Shown in pieces: positions 28,379-38,469 of a DNA stretch of 64,000 nucleotides (the first letter of the stretch is position 1; each line of letters opens with the position of its first letter). Both the position numbers and the translations under genes were made by a program. The notes beneath the pieces were generated by a model. It saw only the letters and a program-made list of their open reading frames with translations. It was not told the DNA's origin and searched no databases. The DNA comes from Euryarchaeota archaeon UBA23 (GTDB taxonomy: Archaea; Thermoplasmatota; Poseidoniia; Poseidoniales; Thalassarchaeaceae): NCBI GenBank assembly GCA_002498725.1, contig DAIJ01000016.1, positions 6,349-70,348 on the forward strand. Reading direction: 5' to 3'.

Positions 28379-29604
28379 GCATCAATTGTAATATCCAAAT
28401 GAATTATTTCTATTCCTTCAAAACTATCGCTGTAATTTATAGTTGAATTATTCCCTAAACTATTGATTAGTAAATCGATTCTGAAGATACCATATCCAAA
28501 TCTTTCATCATGCTCAGTTTGACCATCATCCATCTGAGAATTTTCACTAATTTTTTCCTTCACAAGATCAATTGCACTAACTCCTCCTGAATCCCCTTCT
28601 CTTTGCAATTCAGGGTATTCTTGTAAAACAAGTGCAATTCCTCCACTTACCCATGCAGTGGCTGCTGACGTCCCACTAGCCCAACCCCACCACGTATCTC
28701 CGACGCCTGCTGCCATTAGTACAGGTACCTCTGCTCCTGGTGCTAGAACTTCTGGTTTTTTATTGGGGTCGGATCTAGGCAATTGCGGTGGCCACAATTG
28801 CAGATTATTATCTCCTCTTGAACTTCCACTCCAAACATTACCGAGTCTAGTTACCCCTCCCACACAAATAACATTCTCTACAGATCCAGGAGATGAAACA
28901 TCTCCATCATCATCTTGACCATCGTTGCCCGCAGCAGCTACCACAAATACACCCTGATCAAGAGCATCTTGAACAGAATTTTCTAGTTGGTCAGTAGTGA
29001 TTCCAAGAAAGCCAATCCCTCCTTCACCTCCGAGGCTAAGTGATATGATATCTGCTTGACTACTCACACACCAATCAACTGCTTCAGCAATTCCCTCATC
29101 AGTTCCTTGTCCATTGGATCCAATTGCTTTAGCAACTAGTAAATCAACCCCTCTTGCATTACCTCTAAGGCCATCTTTAGCGACAATAATTCCTGCCATT
29201 GCCGTTCCATGACCTTCGTCATCGTAGGGTTCACTTTGACCGTTGACCACATCTAACCAACCTCTCAGTGTCTGATGACGTAAATCAGGGTGTGAGAGTT
29301 CAATACCAGAGTCCACTACACATACAACGACTCCACTTCCGTCCAAATGATCAATTTCATCAAACCCCGTTAAATCATAGTAAGATTCTTGCCAACCAGT
29401 CAATGTTGGAGATGGCCCTCCGATAATTATGTCATGCGCATTTGACCAAACCCAAAGAAGAATTATTGCTACTACGAATAAAGAAAATAGTGATGAAACA
29501 ACACCAATTACCCATGGCAAGGCGCCCTCAAACATTTTCTCTTCTTCAACAATTTCAATTGGTTGTTCTGATGGAGTTTGACTAACCAATTCATATTCCA
29601 CCAA
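28315..29604 (-). CDS. Subtilisin-like serine protease (peptidase S8) with an N-terminal membrane anchor
   Basis: Catalytic triad motifs VVCVVDSGI (Asp), HGTAMAGII (His) and GTSAATAWVSG (Ser). There is an N-terminal TM segment. Confidence 0.85.
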   Translation of the reverse strand: MVEYELVSQTPSEQPIEIVEEEKMFEGALPWVIGVVSSLFSLFVVAIILLWVWSNAHDIIIGGPSPTLTGWQESYYDLTGFDEIDHLDGSGVVVCVVDSGIELSHPDLRHQTLRGWLDVVNGQSEPYDDEGHGTAMAGIIVAKDGLRGNARGVDLLVAKAIGSNGQGTDEGIAEAVDWCVSSQADIISLSLGGEGGIGFLGITTDQLENSVQDALDQGVFVVAAAGNDGQDDDGDVSSPGSVENVICVGGVTRLGNVWSGSSRGDNNLQLWPPQLPRSDPNKKPEVLAPGAEVPVLMAAGVGDTWWGWASGTSAATAWVSGGIALVLQEYPELQREGDSGGVSAIDLVKEKISENSQMDDGQTEHDERFGYGIFRIDLLINSLGNNSTINYSDSFEGIEIIHLDITIDAQAERRKTANVPPVSSRKAAE

Positions 29605-29635
29605 TTAAATGAATCCGAATTCCACCTTACGTTTT

Positions 29636-30838
29636 TCACCAAGCCTCGGATTTAGTAAATTGACTCAATAATGTGGTACTAGAGCCACATTTTTCACAAC
29701 TAGTTCTGGTCGGCAGGATTTTTTCACACTCATTACATGCTGTCCCTGGCTCTCCTGCTCCTTTGCAATCTTTATTTGAACAAGGAACTTCAATTGCACC
29801 ATTATGGTTCATCACTGCAGAACTTTCATTTTTGCAAATTGGGCAAACCCCCTGTCTTTTACCCTCAAATTTTGGGATTATATCTCCCGCAACTTCTCTT
29901 GCTCTGAATGATTGTATTTTTTCAGCCGAATTTCCGAGCATAAATTGTGGATACCATAACGTTTGAGCCCAAACAATTACTGCTACAATAGCAGTAATTA
30001 CATGGATGACTACGAATGGAGTCATATCTTGCTCAATTGGAGGTCTTAGCGCGACTGAATGCGCTCCACTCCAAGAAGATATGTTAATTAGAATCATCCA
30101 AGTTATTATTCCCAACCTCCAAGCATTAAGGCTATGATCTCTCCAAGCCTTATTCACCATTCTTGGATCAGGATGTGCATGTATTTGTTGAACGTGTAAA
30201 TCTCTAGTTTCTATGACAGCTCTATCAACTACAATTGTTAGTATGAATACAAGAACTAAGTTTCCTACGGAAACGCCAATCCAATCAGAATAATTTGAGT
30301 TAAAGGGAAATGTTGTCGATCCTGCATGAGATGCAATGTGACCTAGTTGTACACCTAGACTTCCAACCGCCATAAATAGCAGATTATCTCTCATTAAGGG
30401 GAATCTAACCCAAAATATGGCAATGACTCCAATCCAACAAATTATTGATAGAAGTGATAACATTAACGAAAAATCACTAACATGAGAAAAACCCGAGTCA
30501 CCCTTGAGGAGGTTAATTCCTACTCTATTGTAGTCTCCGCCTTTTGCCAATTCACCTATTCCTAAATCCCAAGCTCCAAGTATGATTGCGGTTATGGCAA
30601 TTAGAATGGCAAAGCCCTCGTTAATACCCCATTTTCTTCGTATCATAGCGATATGAAAAATATATTCTTCAATTATTGAATCAATTAATCTCAATCTTTT
30701 ATGATAATTGTCTAGTCTAAAGGGGGATTCAATATCACTCAGCCGTAGGGTCGAGTAATCAGGAGTATCCTGTGGTTTTACTCCGTCCTCGATATCACTC
30801 ACATTAGGTTCGCAATAGAACACGCATAATAATCCCAC
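29636..30838 (-). CDS. Polytopic membrane protein with a C-terminal double zinc-ribbon
   Basis: About 8 hydrophobic helices, then CPICKN...CSNKDCKG and CNECEK...CEKCGS. It sits directly upstream of the S8 protease on the same strand. Confidence 0.55.
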   Translation of the reverse strand: MGLLCVFYCEPNVSDIEDGVKPQDTPDYSTLRLSDIESPFRLDNYHKRLRLIDSIIEEYIFHIAMIRRKWGINEGFAILIAITAIILGAWDLGIGELAKGGDYNRVGINLLKGDSGFSHVSDFSLMLSLLSIICWIGVIAIFWVRFPLMRDNLLFMAVGSLGVQLGHIASHAGSTTFPFNSNYSDWIGVSVGNLVLVFILTIVVDRAVIETRDLHVQQIHAHPDPRMVNKAWRDHSLNAWRLGIITWMILINISSWSGAHSVALRPPIEQDMTPFVVIHVITAIVAVIVWAQTLWYPQFMLGNSAEKIQSFRAREVAGDIIPKFEGKRQGVCPICKNESSAVMNHNGAIEVPCSNKDCKGAGEPGTACNECEKILPTRTSCEKCGSSTTLLSQFTKSEAW

Positions 30839-30901
30839 TTTGAAAATGAGTCCTTAGATCGCTACTTCTTGACCTATTTGGGAATGTGAATTATTGATTA
30901 G

Positions 30902-30987
30902 TGGCGCCGAGAGGGAGATTTGAACTCCCGAGGGTAGAACCCACATGATTTCCAGTCATGCGCAATACCAGGCTATGCGACCTCGGC
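30902..30987 (-). tRNA. tRNA-Ser (anticodon GGA), type II with a long variable arm and encoded CCA
   Basis: The reverse complement folds as acceptor GCCGAGG/TCTCGGC, anticodon stem CATGA/TCATG with loop CTGGAAA, a 17-nt variable arm, T-arm GGGAGTTCAAATCTCCC and GCCA at the 3' end. Confidence 0.85.
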
Positions 30988-31114
30988 AGGCAAATAGTCG
31001 AGTTAGGATCTAGTCTTCAGTCTGTTGCATGATCAAACACAAATTTTCCTCCCTTATTCAGTTTTGTTTTTTTTCCGCAGTCGTTAAATCGTAATCTTAT
31101 TTGGACCACTTACT

Positions 31115-31189
31115 GCCACTGTGGCTTAGGGGTATAGCGACGCCTTGGTAAGGCGTAGGTCGCGAGTTCAATTCTCGCCAGTGGCTCCA
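31115..31189 (+). tRNA. tRNA-Thr (anticodon GGU) with encoded CCA
   Basis: Acceptor GCCACTG/CAGTGGC, anticodon stem CGCC/GGCG with loop TTGGTAA, T-arm GCGAGTTCAATTCTCGC and TCCA at the 3' end. Confidence 0.85.
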
Positions 31190-31199
31190 TTTTAATCGC

Positions 31200-31212
31200 T
31201 TTTTTTAATTTT
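31200..31212 (+). terminator. Oligo-T tract after tRNA-Thr
   Basis: CGCTTTTTTTAATTTT. Confidence 0.35.
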
Positions 31213-31219
31213 AGATTGG

Positions 31220-31228
31220 TTATATAAA
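31220..31228 (+). promoter_or_regulatory. TATA-box-like element (TTATATAAA) upstream of the giant surface-protein gene
   Basis: A match to the archaeal TATA consensus lies about 62 bp upstream of the ATG at 31290. Confidence 0.3.
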
Positions 31229-31289
31229 TCGATAAAAGTGAACCTATGGTTCCAAATTATTCATAACTCTGATATCCCCGTCATGGGGC

Positions 31290-34200
31290 ATGGCCATCGT
31301 CTCCCATAAGAATGGAGCCCTGTTAATCGTATTGTGTCTCTTGACTATGCCTCTTGCTTCGGCAGGGCAATCTAGCTGGACTACTAGTTCTCCAGTTAAT
31401 CCCGGAGATGAAGGAGTTACTGTAAATTCTTTCACAGTTCCTAGTAATGAAACCATTACTGATGCTTGGATTCATGTTACCAATGATCCAATGGCAAATG
31501 ACCAAGCAAATAACTTATTTTTCGAATCAAATGAGATAGAAGATGGTAGTTTCTCAGGAACTACAGCTTCTCTAATTGATGGTAATATCACTCTGGAAGA
31601 TGATGGCTCGACCTCCAGTGTGTTTGACTTTGATGATAATGGTAATTTCACTATTGACCTTTCATCTCAATATATTTCAGGACCCGGTCCTCACATGTGG
31701 GCTCTGGAAGAATCTGGAGGTTGGATTACTTCAGCTTGCCCTGGAGATTCGGCTAACGGCGGGGCTGCTGAATTGAGACAATACAATATCACTTCTGGAT
31801 ACGACGATGATCTTGATGGCTATCTAGAATCTCATGAAGTAAATTCTGTATTACTTTTCTGCCAGACCGATCAAGTTATTGTTGGTGGTAGTGGTTTACC
31901 TCCTGCTGGTGATGTAAATGGTACTGTTAGGAATTCAACTCCAACCTTTAATTCAATGACTCTAAATAGCGGCCATTCAGTGTGCTCTGAAGGCGGATAT
32001 TATCTTGAATATGGTAATGATTTCGGCACATACTATGATAGAAACAGTTCACTCAATGCATCTGAATTAGGTGGTGAACTATATTTTTGTAATCAAATTG
32101 AATTATGGTTTGCAACACTCTTAGATTTCGGAGGTTCTATTCAGGGCGCTCAACAACAATTGTCCCATGGAACAGTTCCCGCGGCTCCTTCAGAAGGAGA
32201 AGTAGTTGCTGGTACATTGCCCGGCAGCCCGGTTCCTCCTGGGACTGATGGTTGGCTAATTACACCAACTCAGACAATACCTGTTGATCCAACAACTCAT
32301 GTGAATTATACCTTTACTTTCGACCATTGGCGTAATCTTGAATCAGGAGACGGTGCTTGGGTTGAATATAGAATTCAGAGTTCAAGTGGAGATTGGACTA
32401 ACTGGACATGGGTGGCTCCAGTTCATGGTTATCCAAACTATATTCCAGTTGGTGACATAAATGTTGAAGGTAATCCAAGTGGCGACTTACCAGTATTTGG
32501 AGGAACATCAACGTCTTGGGAGAACAAAATGATTGATCTTGCATCATTAACTGATGGAGGAGATGACACCTACATTCAATTCCGATTCCGTTTGTCTACT
32601 TCAGACTCCTCATCCGGATCTCCAGGTTGGTTTATTGATAATATAACCTACAATAATGACGGTACAGGTTCTGGTGCTTGGCACCACGGTTGTGACGTAA
32701 ATGGTTATTCATACACAAATTATGGAACATATTGTTACTATTCTAATTCTGCTTTAGGCTATCTTAATGTCGCAACAGGTCTAGACCTAACTGGAGTTTA
32801 TGACTTACGTTTTGACTTGCATTGGGATCTAGAAGGTTCTGGTTGGGACAATGCATGTATTGAATTGTCAAACAATGGTGGTACCAGTTGGATCGACATA
32901 TCATCATCATCATCCACAACAACTACTCAATGTAGAAGTCGTGCCGGTTCAATTCCTAATTATGGATATACTGACATAACTGGCACCAGTTATGGAGATG
33001 ATAGCGGTGGTATGGTGACTATAGAGAATGATGTGCCAGCGAGTCATAGAGTATCTTCTGTTGATTTGAGAATTGTAGTTCAAACAGACGCTTCTGTTTC
33101 TTATGGAAGCCCTGGCGGTGCTTCAGATCCAGACGGGCGTGAAGGCCTTACAGTATTTGGCTACAGGACAATGAGTTCTAGTGGGACTGTAATGCAATCC
33201 TACACGATTCCTTCTACTGCTTCAACATCTGGTTATTCTTATGCCAGTGGACCTAATGAATGGCGCTTCTTAACTTTGACATCGGGTTTCAGTTATGAGA
33301 ACATGAACTTTGAGGATTCTTCTGTCTCAGCACCTGAAGTTGCTGATGTTGATGGTTTTACTAGAACTGGTAGTAGGGGTACTTCATGTTCTTCTTCCAG
33401 TTGTGGTTGGGAATTGGGACCTGTCATATCTTCTACCTTTGGTCCTGAGGAAGCGACATCATTCCCGTATCTATACCGAATTGGCGCAACTGGCTCTTTC
33501 GATGGCACTGTTTCAGATGCTGCCTTAGTTTCTCCGGTATTTTCAGTTCCTGAGTCCGGAATAACATTCCTTGAATTTGATCAGTGGATTTGTTGGAATT
33601 ATGATCACTGGAGCTATGGCGATATGAGAGGGGGGGCGTTATGGATACAAGTCGACGGAGGTGCTTGGCAACACGTTGACCCCGGATATAATTGGTATAC
33701 GGAAACTATGGCTACATACTCTTCCGGAACTCTATATATTCCAACGGTAAATGATGGACTTCCTATATGGGCTAATACTCACTGTGGTAATAGTGACATG
33801 TCTTCTTACGAAGTTTCTCTTCAGGAGTGGGCAGGAAGTGATGTTAGATTCAAGTGGTCTGCATCTCAGAAATATCAGTATGCAACTAACGGTGGTTCTG
33901 GTTGGTTTATTGATAATGTAGGATTCCGCGAAGCATATTTCGATGATGGTGGTTCTTGGGTAAGTGAACCAATTGCAGTCGGCGGAACTGATGATTTTAA
34001 TTTAGGAATAATTGAGATTGAAGGCACATTCGATGATAATAGTACGATAGCGGGAACTCTCCTAAATGCTAATTCTCTAATTCCTATAACAGGTTTTGAA
34101 AATCTTGATTTCCCAATTAACTTGGCTGGTTTGGATACACAAAACAATCCTTCAGTAAGATTAGTACTGAGTTTAGATACTCTAGATCACGTTTCTACGC

Positions 34201-37200
34201 CTATAGTTAAGAAGATAACAATAGGTAATGAAAGAATACTATCTGTTGATTTATTAGATTTCAATGGTTGGTCAATGTCTAATGGAATTGAAGTAGTTAA
34301 TGGCACATTAAATGCCACTGCAATTGCGGGAACTATTACTTCCGAATATATTCAATCTATTAGACCAATTAATCGAATATTATTCCAAGGTAATTCGTCA
34401 AATAATGTGTTAATCGACATCTTTGATGAGAACGGAGTAAATCTTGGACAAGGTGTTGCTGGAGGTTATATGTCATTCAATCCTCCAATAATGGGATACT
34501 CTGCACAAGTCACATTACCTACGAATGGATATATCGAGGAATTAGTTCTGAAGGTCGTAAATGGGGAACCTGGTAGGGACATGGTCATAGATGTGGGTGA
34601 AGATGGAACCACCGATTGGGCATTCCCTTCTAGCGAAGGTCGTGGACATTATGGCTGGCAAACCCATGTTCTGCTTGACACACCATCTACTAATCCAAGT
34701 GTTAATGCAGCAACCAGTGTAGATTTGTCACTGTATGCGGGCGTATCAGAAGCAGTAGTTATGTTGATTCCAGACGGTGCAATTGTAAATTCTGGATTAT
34801 TGTCTATAACTTCTGACTCTGATGGCTTTGAAGCACCAGTAACTCTTGATGTAAATGGTTATTCCAGTTCTACATCCAACTCTGACACATACATTTCTTA
34901 CTTAGATTTCTCACCCAATCAAGCAGCGTCAATTACTGCAATGGGCTCTTCTTGGACCGATACATCTTCTAATAGAGATTGGAAAGAAGTCAGTTTGTAT
35001 TTCCAATCATCTGTATCTCAAGTAGTGACTCTGTCTAGAATAGCCGTTTCATATAATTTAATGGAAAATGTTTCAGGACTAGCGACTACCCTTTCAAACT
35101 ATCAAACGCAAGCTGTAGCGGATCAACCAACACTTACACAGGTCAACATACCCACCAATATTTCCGCTGCAGCGGGACAAGTAATGATTAGTGGACTGGC
35201 TCAACATGAGTTGTTGATCACGAACAAGGATTTCAATGTTCCAAATAAGTTACATCCAGGAGGTTTCCAATATGAGATTATTACAAAGCATAGACACTTA
35301 TTTGATAATTCAGAGTTAACTCGTATAACTCTCGATGGTCTTGCCTCAGACGGCGAAGAAATTAATTTCCAAGTTGAGACTACAGAGGCTGGCGATTGGT
35401 CAAATACTGCAACCTTTTCACAAACTTCAGGTTCTTCTCAAGTAATTTTCAATGACTCCGCTAGTAGCGTAGCAATTGTAGATGGTGGTGATGGTTGGAT
35501 GGAAATTGAAGTCACTTGGAAGTTTGAAATTACTTGGAATTGGGATGATGTAGATCGTATAGACTGGACTGCTAATTCTTTTGATAACTCAGGCTATTCT
35601 ATGGATCCAGCAACTGCAGTAAGTGGTAGAACAGGAAATGCTGTAGAAAATGATCTTCAGATAGACTCATTCGAAATTAAAGATCAGTTTGATAGATCAT
35701 TATCAAATCAATTCTCTCCATTCTATCCGTTCCCAATAGCTGAAGGCAGTGCTCTAAACATCACAGGAACCGTTAGATTCCAAGACACTACAGATATGAG
35801 GCCTAATAGTGATGACTTCAAAGTAAGAGTTGACATTTCAGGAGACTTGTATTTGTTAGATTCAAACGATGATGGTACATTCTCTGGAATAATAAATTCA
35901 CCTATAGGCTATGACGAAATAACCGCCTCACCAGAATTATTCCGTGTAGGTCCACTATCTGGATCTATAGGAGGTCAAGATGTATCTGGAGTCACTAGCG
36001 TAGTGACAATGTTGTCTGACACACATCCTCCAGTAGTAAATGCAGTCCAAGTTAACACAGCCACTGGGCTAGTAAATGCAAACGGAAAGGTTTGGGATCC
36101 AACAGTGCCTCTGACTTTGTATGTCACTATTGAAGAGGCTGAGGCAAGGGGAGAATCCCTGACTTTGAAATATTGGAGAGCAGATGTAGACGATCTTAAC
36201 GGTAATGGCATGGCAGAAGAAGATGAGTATTTGTCTCAGATTCAGTTACTTTCCGCAGGAATGACGGGCGAGCAACAAGTCACATTCGACCCAATAGATG
36301 TTTCATCTCAAGGGTTCAATAGTCCAGTTCATGTCTACTTAGAGGGTACTGATTGGGCTGGTCTTTCTTATCAAGATGGAGGAACTGGTGGCTCAGCTGG
36401 TGCAGATAATGCTTGGTCCTCTCTGATAATTGCAACAGATGAACCAACCTCTACAATAAGGCAGGGATACAGCATTGATAGCGAGACTGGCTTCCTTCTT
36501 GCAGGACACAATCATGTCATGAGGATGCAAATCAATGAAGCCAATGGACTAAATTCATTGGATAACATTACTGTAATGTTATGTGGCGATGAACCTGATG
36601 AGATTGGTAAATTTAGTTATAATCCCTCAGAAGGTACAATTTGGACAGCTAGTGAATCTTTCGTGAATCCAATTTCGGTACAAACTACTCCAATAACCGA
36701 TGAGGTATTTGAGGTATCATTCATGTTTGAATTATCTTGGTACTACCCTTGGACTGAAGGTCAACAGACCTGTAAGCCAAGTGTTAGAGTGGTCGATGAT
36801 TTTACAGAAGTTGCGTTTGATAATAACATTGGTGAATTAAGTTGGTTATTGGATAATCAGTTAGTAGCCGTAACTACTTCTGTAGAAGATCTTTCACCTC
36901 CATTCGGTGAATCAGGAGATTTACATGTTTATTTACGTCAGGGAGATGAATTATCCGTCTCAGGTGAAGTATACTATGCATCATCGGGTGTTGCAATTTC
37001 AACAATAGATGATGACTTAATGGTCGATGTAGAAATTGTGTATGGTACTCAATCAATTATTGAATCTGTAGATGTTTCTGATGAAGGTACATGGATGGCA
37101 TCGATGGTACTACCTATGCGTGCACCATCGAATCCTCAAATGGATATTACAACAACCGTTGTTAATGTACCCGGAGTAGGTACTTCTGCTAATGACAACA

Positions 37201-38162
37201 GCGCTCAAGTGACTGTTGACAGTGTTTCTCCTACTGTACTATTCGATCTTATTAATTATCCGGATTCATCGTTGACTATTCTTGAATCTGATCTTATAGA
37301 AGAAGTTCTTGTGACTGTAACAGTGGTTGATTCTATTGGTATGCCAACATCTGATTTGGAGGTCTCATGGGTATTCCTCAGAGACAACCTTCCAGTATCG
37401 GGTACAGAAGGATCAGGTGCTTTGCCCCTCATACTAAATGATGTAGATTCTAATTCCGATGGAATACGCGATAGAGATATTTTCCAAGGAAAAATTGATT
37501 TTACCCCCGGATTAGTTGATTTCGAGGTAGAAGAGGGAGATCGTATTTTGTTCTGGGTTACTTCTACTGATCGTGCAGGTAACAATGTACAGGGTCCTGG
37601 TAGTGAAGATTCACCTCGTACAGTTGCTCTAAGATTAATGGTATTCACTCCGAAACTTGACAGTATGGTAATTACCCCCCAAGATCCGTTCTCTGACCAA
37701 GAAGTCACTATAGAGACATTCTGGAGCAATAGTGGAAAGAGAGATGGAACAATTGAAATTACATTATTTGAATTGAAGTCTGACGGCAACTGGAGGGCTG
37801 AGAGTTCTTCAATTGAATTGGATATACCTGCTGAATCATCATCTAATTATGCTAAATTCACATGGCAAGCTGGAGAACCCGGCCAACCTATCTTGTATGT
37901 TATCATAGATGGAGACCTCGACAACCCATGTCTTGAGTGCTCAGTAAATGGTATAATTGTCAAGCCTACTGTTTCTGCAAGTGATTCAGATGGCGAAACA
38001 TTGCCATACATGGTTATTGCAGGCATTGCTCTTGTAGCAATTGCTCTTGTTGGATTCTTTGTAAGTAGAAGTCGTACGGATGACGACGAGTATTATTATG
38101 ACGATGATGATGACTACTATTACGACGATGTCGATGAAGAGTTTGACTCTGAGGAAGAATAA
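31290..38162 (+). CDS. Giant surface glycoprotein (2290 aa) with a signal peptide, a C-terminal TM helix and an acidic, Tyr-rich cytoplasmic tail
   Basis: Signal peptide ALLIVLCLLTMPLASAGQ. Very dense N-X-S/T sequons and Ser/Thr-rich linkers. TM helix YMVIAGIALVAIALVGFFV then SRSR. Tail TDDDEYYYDDDDDYYYDDVDEEFDSEEE. Confidence 0.85.
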   Translation: MAIVSHKNGALLIVLCLLTMPLASAGQSSWTTSSPVNPGDEGVTVNSFTVPSNETITDAWIHVTNDPMANDQANNLFFESNEIEDGSFSGTTASLIDGNITLEDDGSTSSVFDFDDNGNFTIDLSSQYISGPGPHMWALEESGGWITSACPGDSANGGAAELRQYNITSGYDDDLDGYLESHEVNSVLLFCQTDQVIVGGSGLPPAGDVNGTVRNSTPTFNSMTLNSGHSVCSEGGYYLEYGNDFGTYYDRNSSLNASELGGELYFCNQIELWFATLLDFGGSIQGAQQQLSHGTVPAAPSEGEVVAGTLPGSPVPPGTDGWLITPTQTIPVDPTTHVNYTFTFDHWRNLESGDGAWVEYRIQSSSGDWTNWTWVAPVHGYPNYIPVGDINVEGNPSGDLPVFGGTSTSWENKMIDLASLTDGGDDTYIQFRFRLSTSDSSSGSPGWFIDNITYNNDGTGSGAWHHGCDVNGYSYTNYGTYCYYSNSALGYLNVATGLDLTGVYDLRFDLHWDLEGSGWDNACIELSNNGGTSWIDISSSSSTTTTQCRSRAGSIPNYGYTDITGTSYGDDSGGMVTIENDVPASHRVSSVDLRIVVQTDASVSYGSPGGASDPDGREGLTVFGYRTMSSSGTVMQSYTIPSTASTSGYSYASGPNEWRFLTLTSGFSYENMNFEDSSVSAPEVADVDGFTRTGSRGTSCSSSSCGWELGPVISSTFGPEEATSFPYLYRIGATGSFDGTVSDAALVSPVFSVPESGITFLEFDQWICWNYDHWSYGDMRGGALWIQVDGGAWQHVDPGYNWYTETMATYSSGTLYIPTVNDGLPIWANTHCGNSDMSSYEVSLQEWAGSDVRFKWSASQKYQYATNGGSGWFIDNVGFREAYFDDGGSWVSEPIAVGGTDDFNLGIIEIEGTFDDNSTIAGTLLNANSLIPITGFENLDFPINLAGLDTQNNPSVRLVLSLDTLDHVSTPIVKKITIGNERILSVDLLDFNGWSMSNGIEVVNGTLNATAIAGTITSEYIQSIRPINRILFQGNSSNNVLIDIFDENGVNLGQGVAGGYMSFNPPIMGYSAQVTLPTNGYIEELVLKVVNGEPGRDMVIDVGEDGTTDWAFPSSEGRGHYGWQTHVLLDTPSTNPSVNAATSVDLSLYAGVSEAVVMLIPDGAIVNSGLLSITSDSDGFEAPVTLDVNGYSSSTSNSDTYISYLDFSPNQAASITAMGSSWTDTSSNRDWKEVSLYFQSSVSQVVTLSRIAVSYNLMENVSGLATTLSNYQTQAVADQPTLTQVNIPTNISAAAGQVMISGLAQHELLITNKDFNVPNKLHPGGFQYEIITKHRHLFDNSELTRITLDGLASDGEEINFQVETTEAGDWSNTATFSQTSGSSQVIFNDSASSVAIVDGGDGWMEIEVTWKFEITWNWDDVDRIDWTANSFDNSGYSMDPATAVSGRTGNAVENDLQIDSFEIKDQFDRSLSNQFSPFYPFPIAEGSALNITGTVRFQDTTDMRPNSDDFKVRVDISGDLYLLDSNDDGTFSGIINSPIGYDEITASPELFRVGPLSGSIGGQDVSGVTSVVTMLSDTHPPVVNAVQVNTATGLVNANGKVWDPTVPLTLYVTIEEAEARGESLTLKYWRADVDDLNGNGMAEEDEYLSQIQLLSAGMTGEQQVTFDPIDVSSQGFNSPVHVYLEGTDWAGLSYQDGGTGGSAGADNAWSSLIIATDEPTSTIRQGYSIDSETGFLLAGHNHVMRMQINEANGLNSLDNITVMLCGDEPDEIGKFSYNPSEGTIWTASESFVNPISVQTTPITDEVFEVSFMFELSWYYPWTEGQQTCKPSVRVVDDFTEVAFDNNIGELSWLLDNQLVAVTTSVEDLSPPFGESGDLHVYLRQGDELSVSGEVYYASSGVAISTIDDDLMVDVEIVYGTQSIIESVDVSDEGTWMASMVLPMRAPSNPQMDITTTVVNVPGVGTSANDNSAQVTVDSVSPTVLFDLINYPDSSLTILESDLIEEVLVTVTVVDSIGMPTSDLEVSWVFLRDNLPVSGTEGSGALPLILNDVDSNSDGIRDRDIFQGKIDFTPGLVDFEVEEGDRILFWVTSTDRAGNNVQGPGSEDSPRTVALRLMVFTPKLDSMVITPQDPFSDQEVTIETFWSNSGKRDGTIEITLFELKSDGNWRAESSSIELDIPAESSSNYAKFTWQAGEPGQPILYVIIDGDLDNPCLECSVNGIIVKPTVSASDSDGETLPYMVIAGIALVAIALVGFFVSRSRTDDDEYYYDDDDDYYYDDVDEEFDSEEE

Positions 38163-38292
38163 ACAGATTAACAATTCCCCATATTACAAATGGGTTGTTA
38201 ATAGGCGTCTTGACGTTAGTTTATACTGAGGAGTTTATAGACTTATGAATTATAGTTTGCACACGAGAAACGCATAGTTTCTGCGATGGGGG

Positions 38293-38469
38293 ATGGGCAT
38301 GAACGAGGAATCTCTGGATTTGAGTATTGAAGAATTAAAGGTAGAAATTGATGATTTGAAGGATTTAGTAAAGACACTTCTTACCATAATAATGGAGGAA
38401 GCAGATGGTGTCGAATCGGGTTCAGCACCACAGATTACTAATCACCCTAGTCGCGGATATGTAATGTAG
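38293..38469 (+). CDS. Small acidic coiled-coil protein (58 aa, hypothetical)
   Basis: ATG ORF that is not in the track (under 60 aa). Heptad-like EELKVEIDDLKDLVKTLL. Low confidence. Confidence 0.3.
   Translation: MGMNEESLDLSIEELKVEIDDLKDLVKTLLTIIMEEADGVESGSAPQITNHPSRGYVM

Noticed and set aside
33293-37789. Minus-strand ORFs inside the 2290-aa gene (33293..33508, 33875..34147, 35975..36211, 37256..37789)
   Set aside because: Shadow ORFs of the giant CDS with no motifs.
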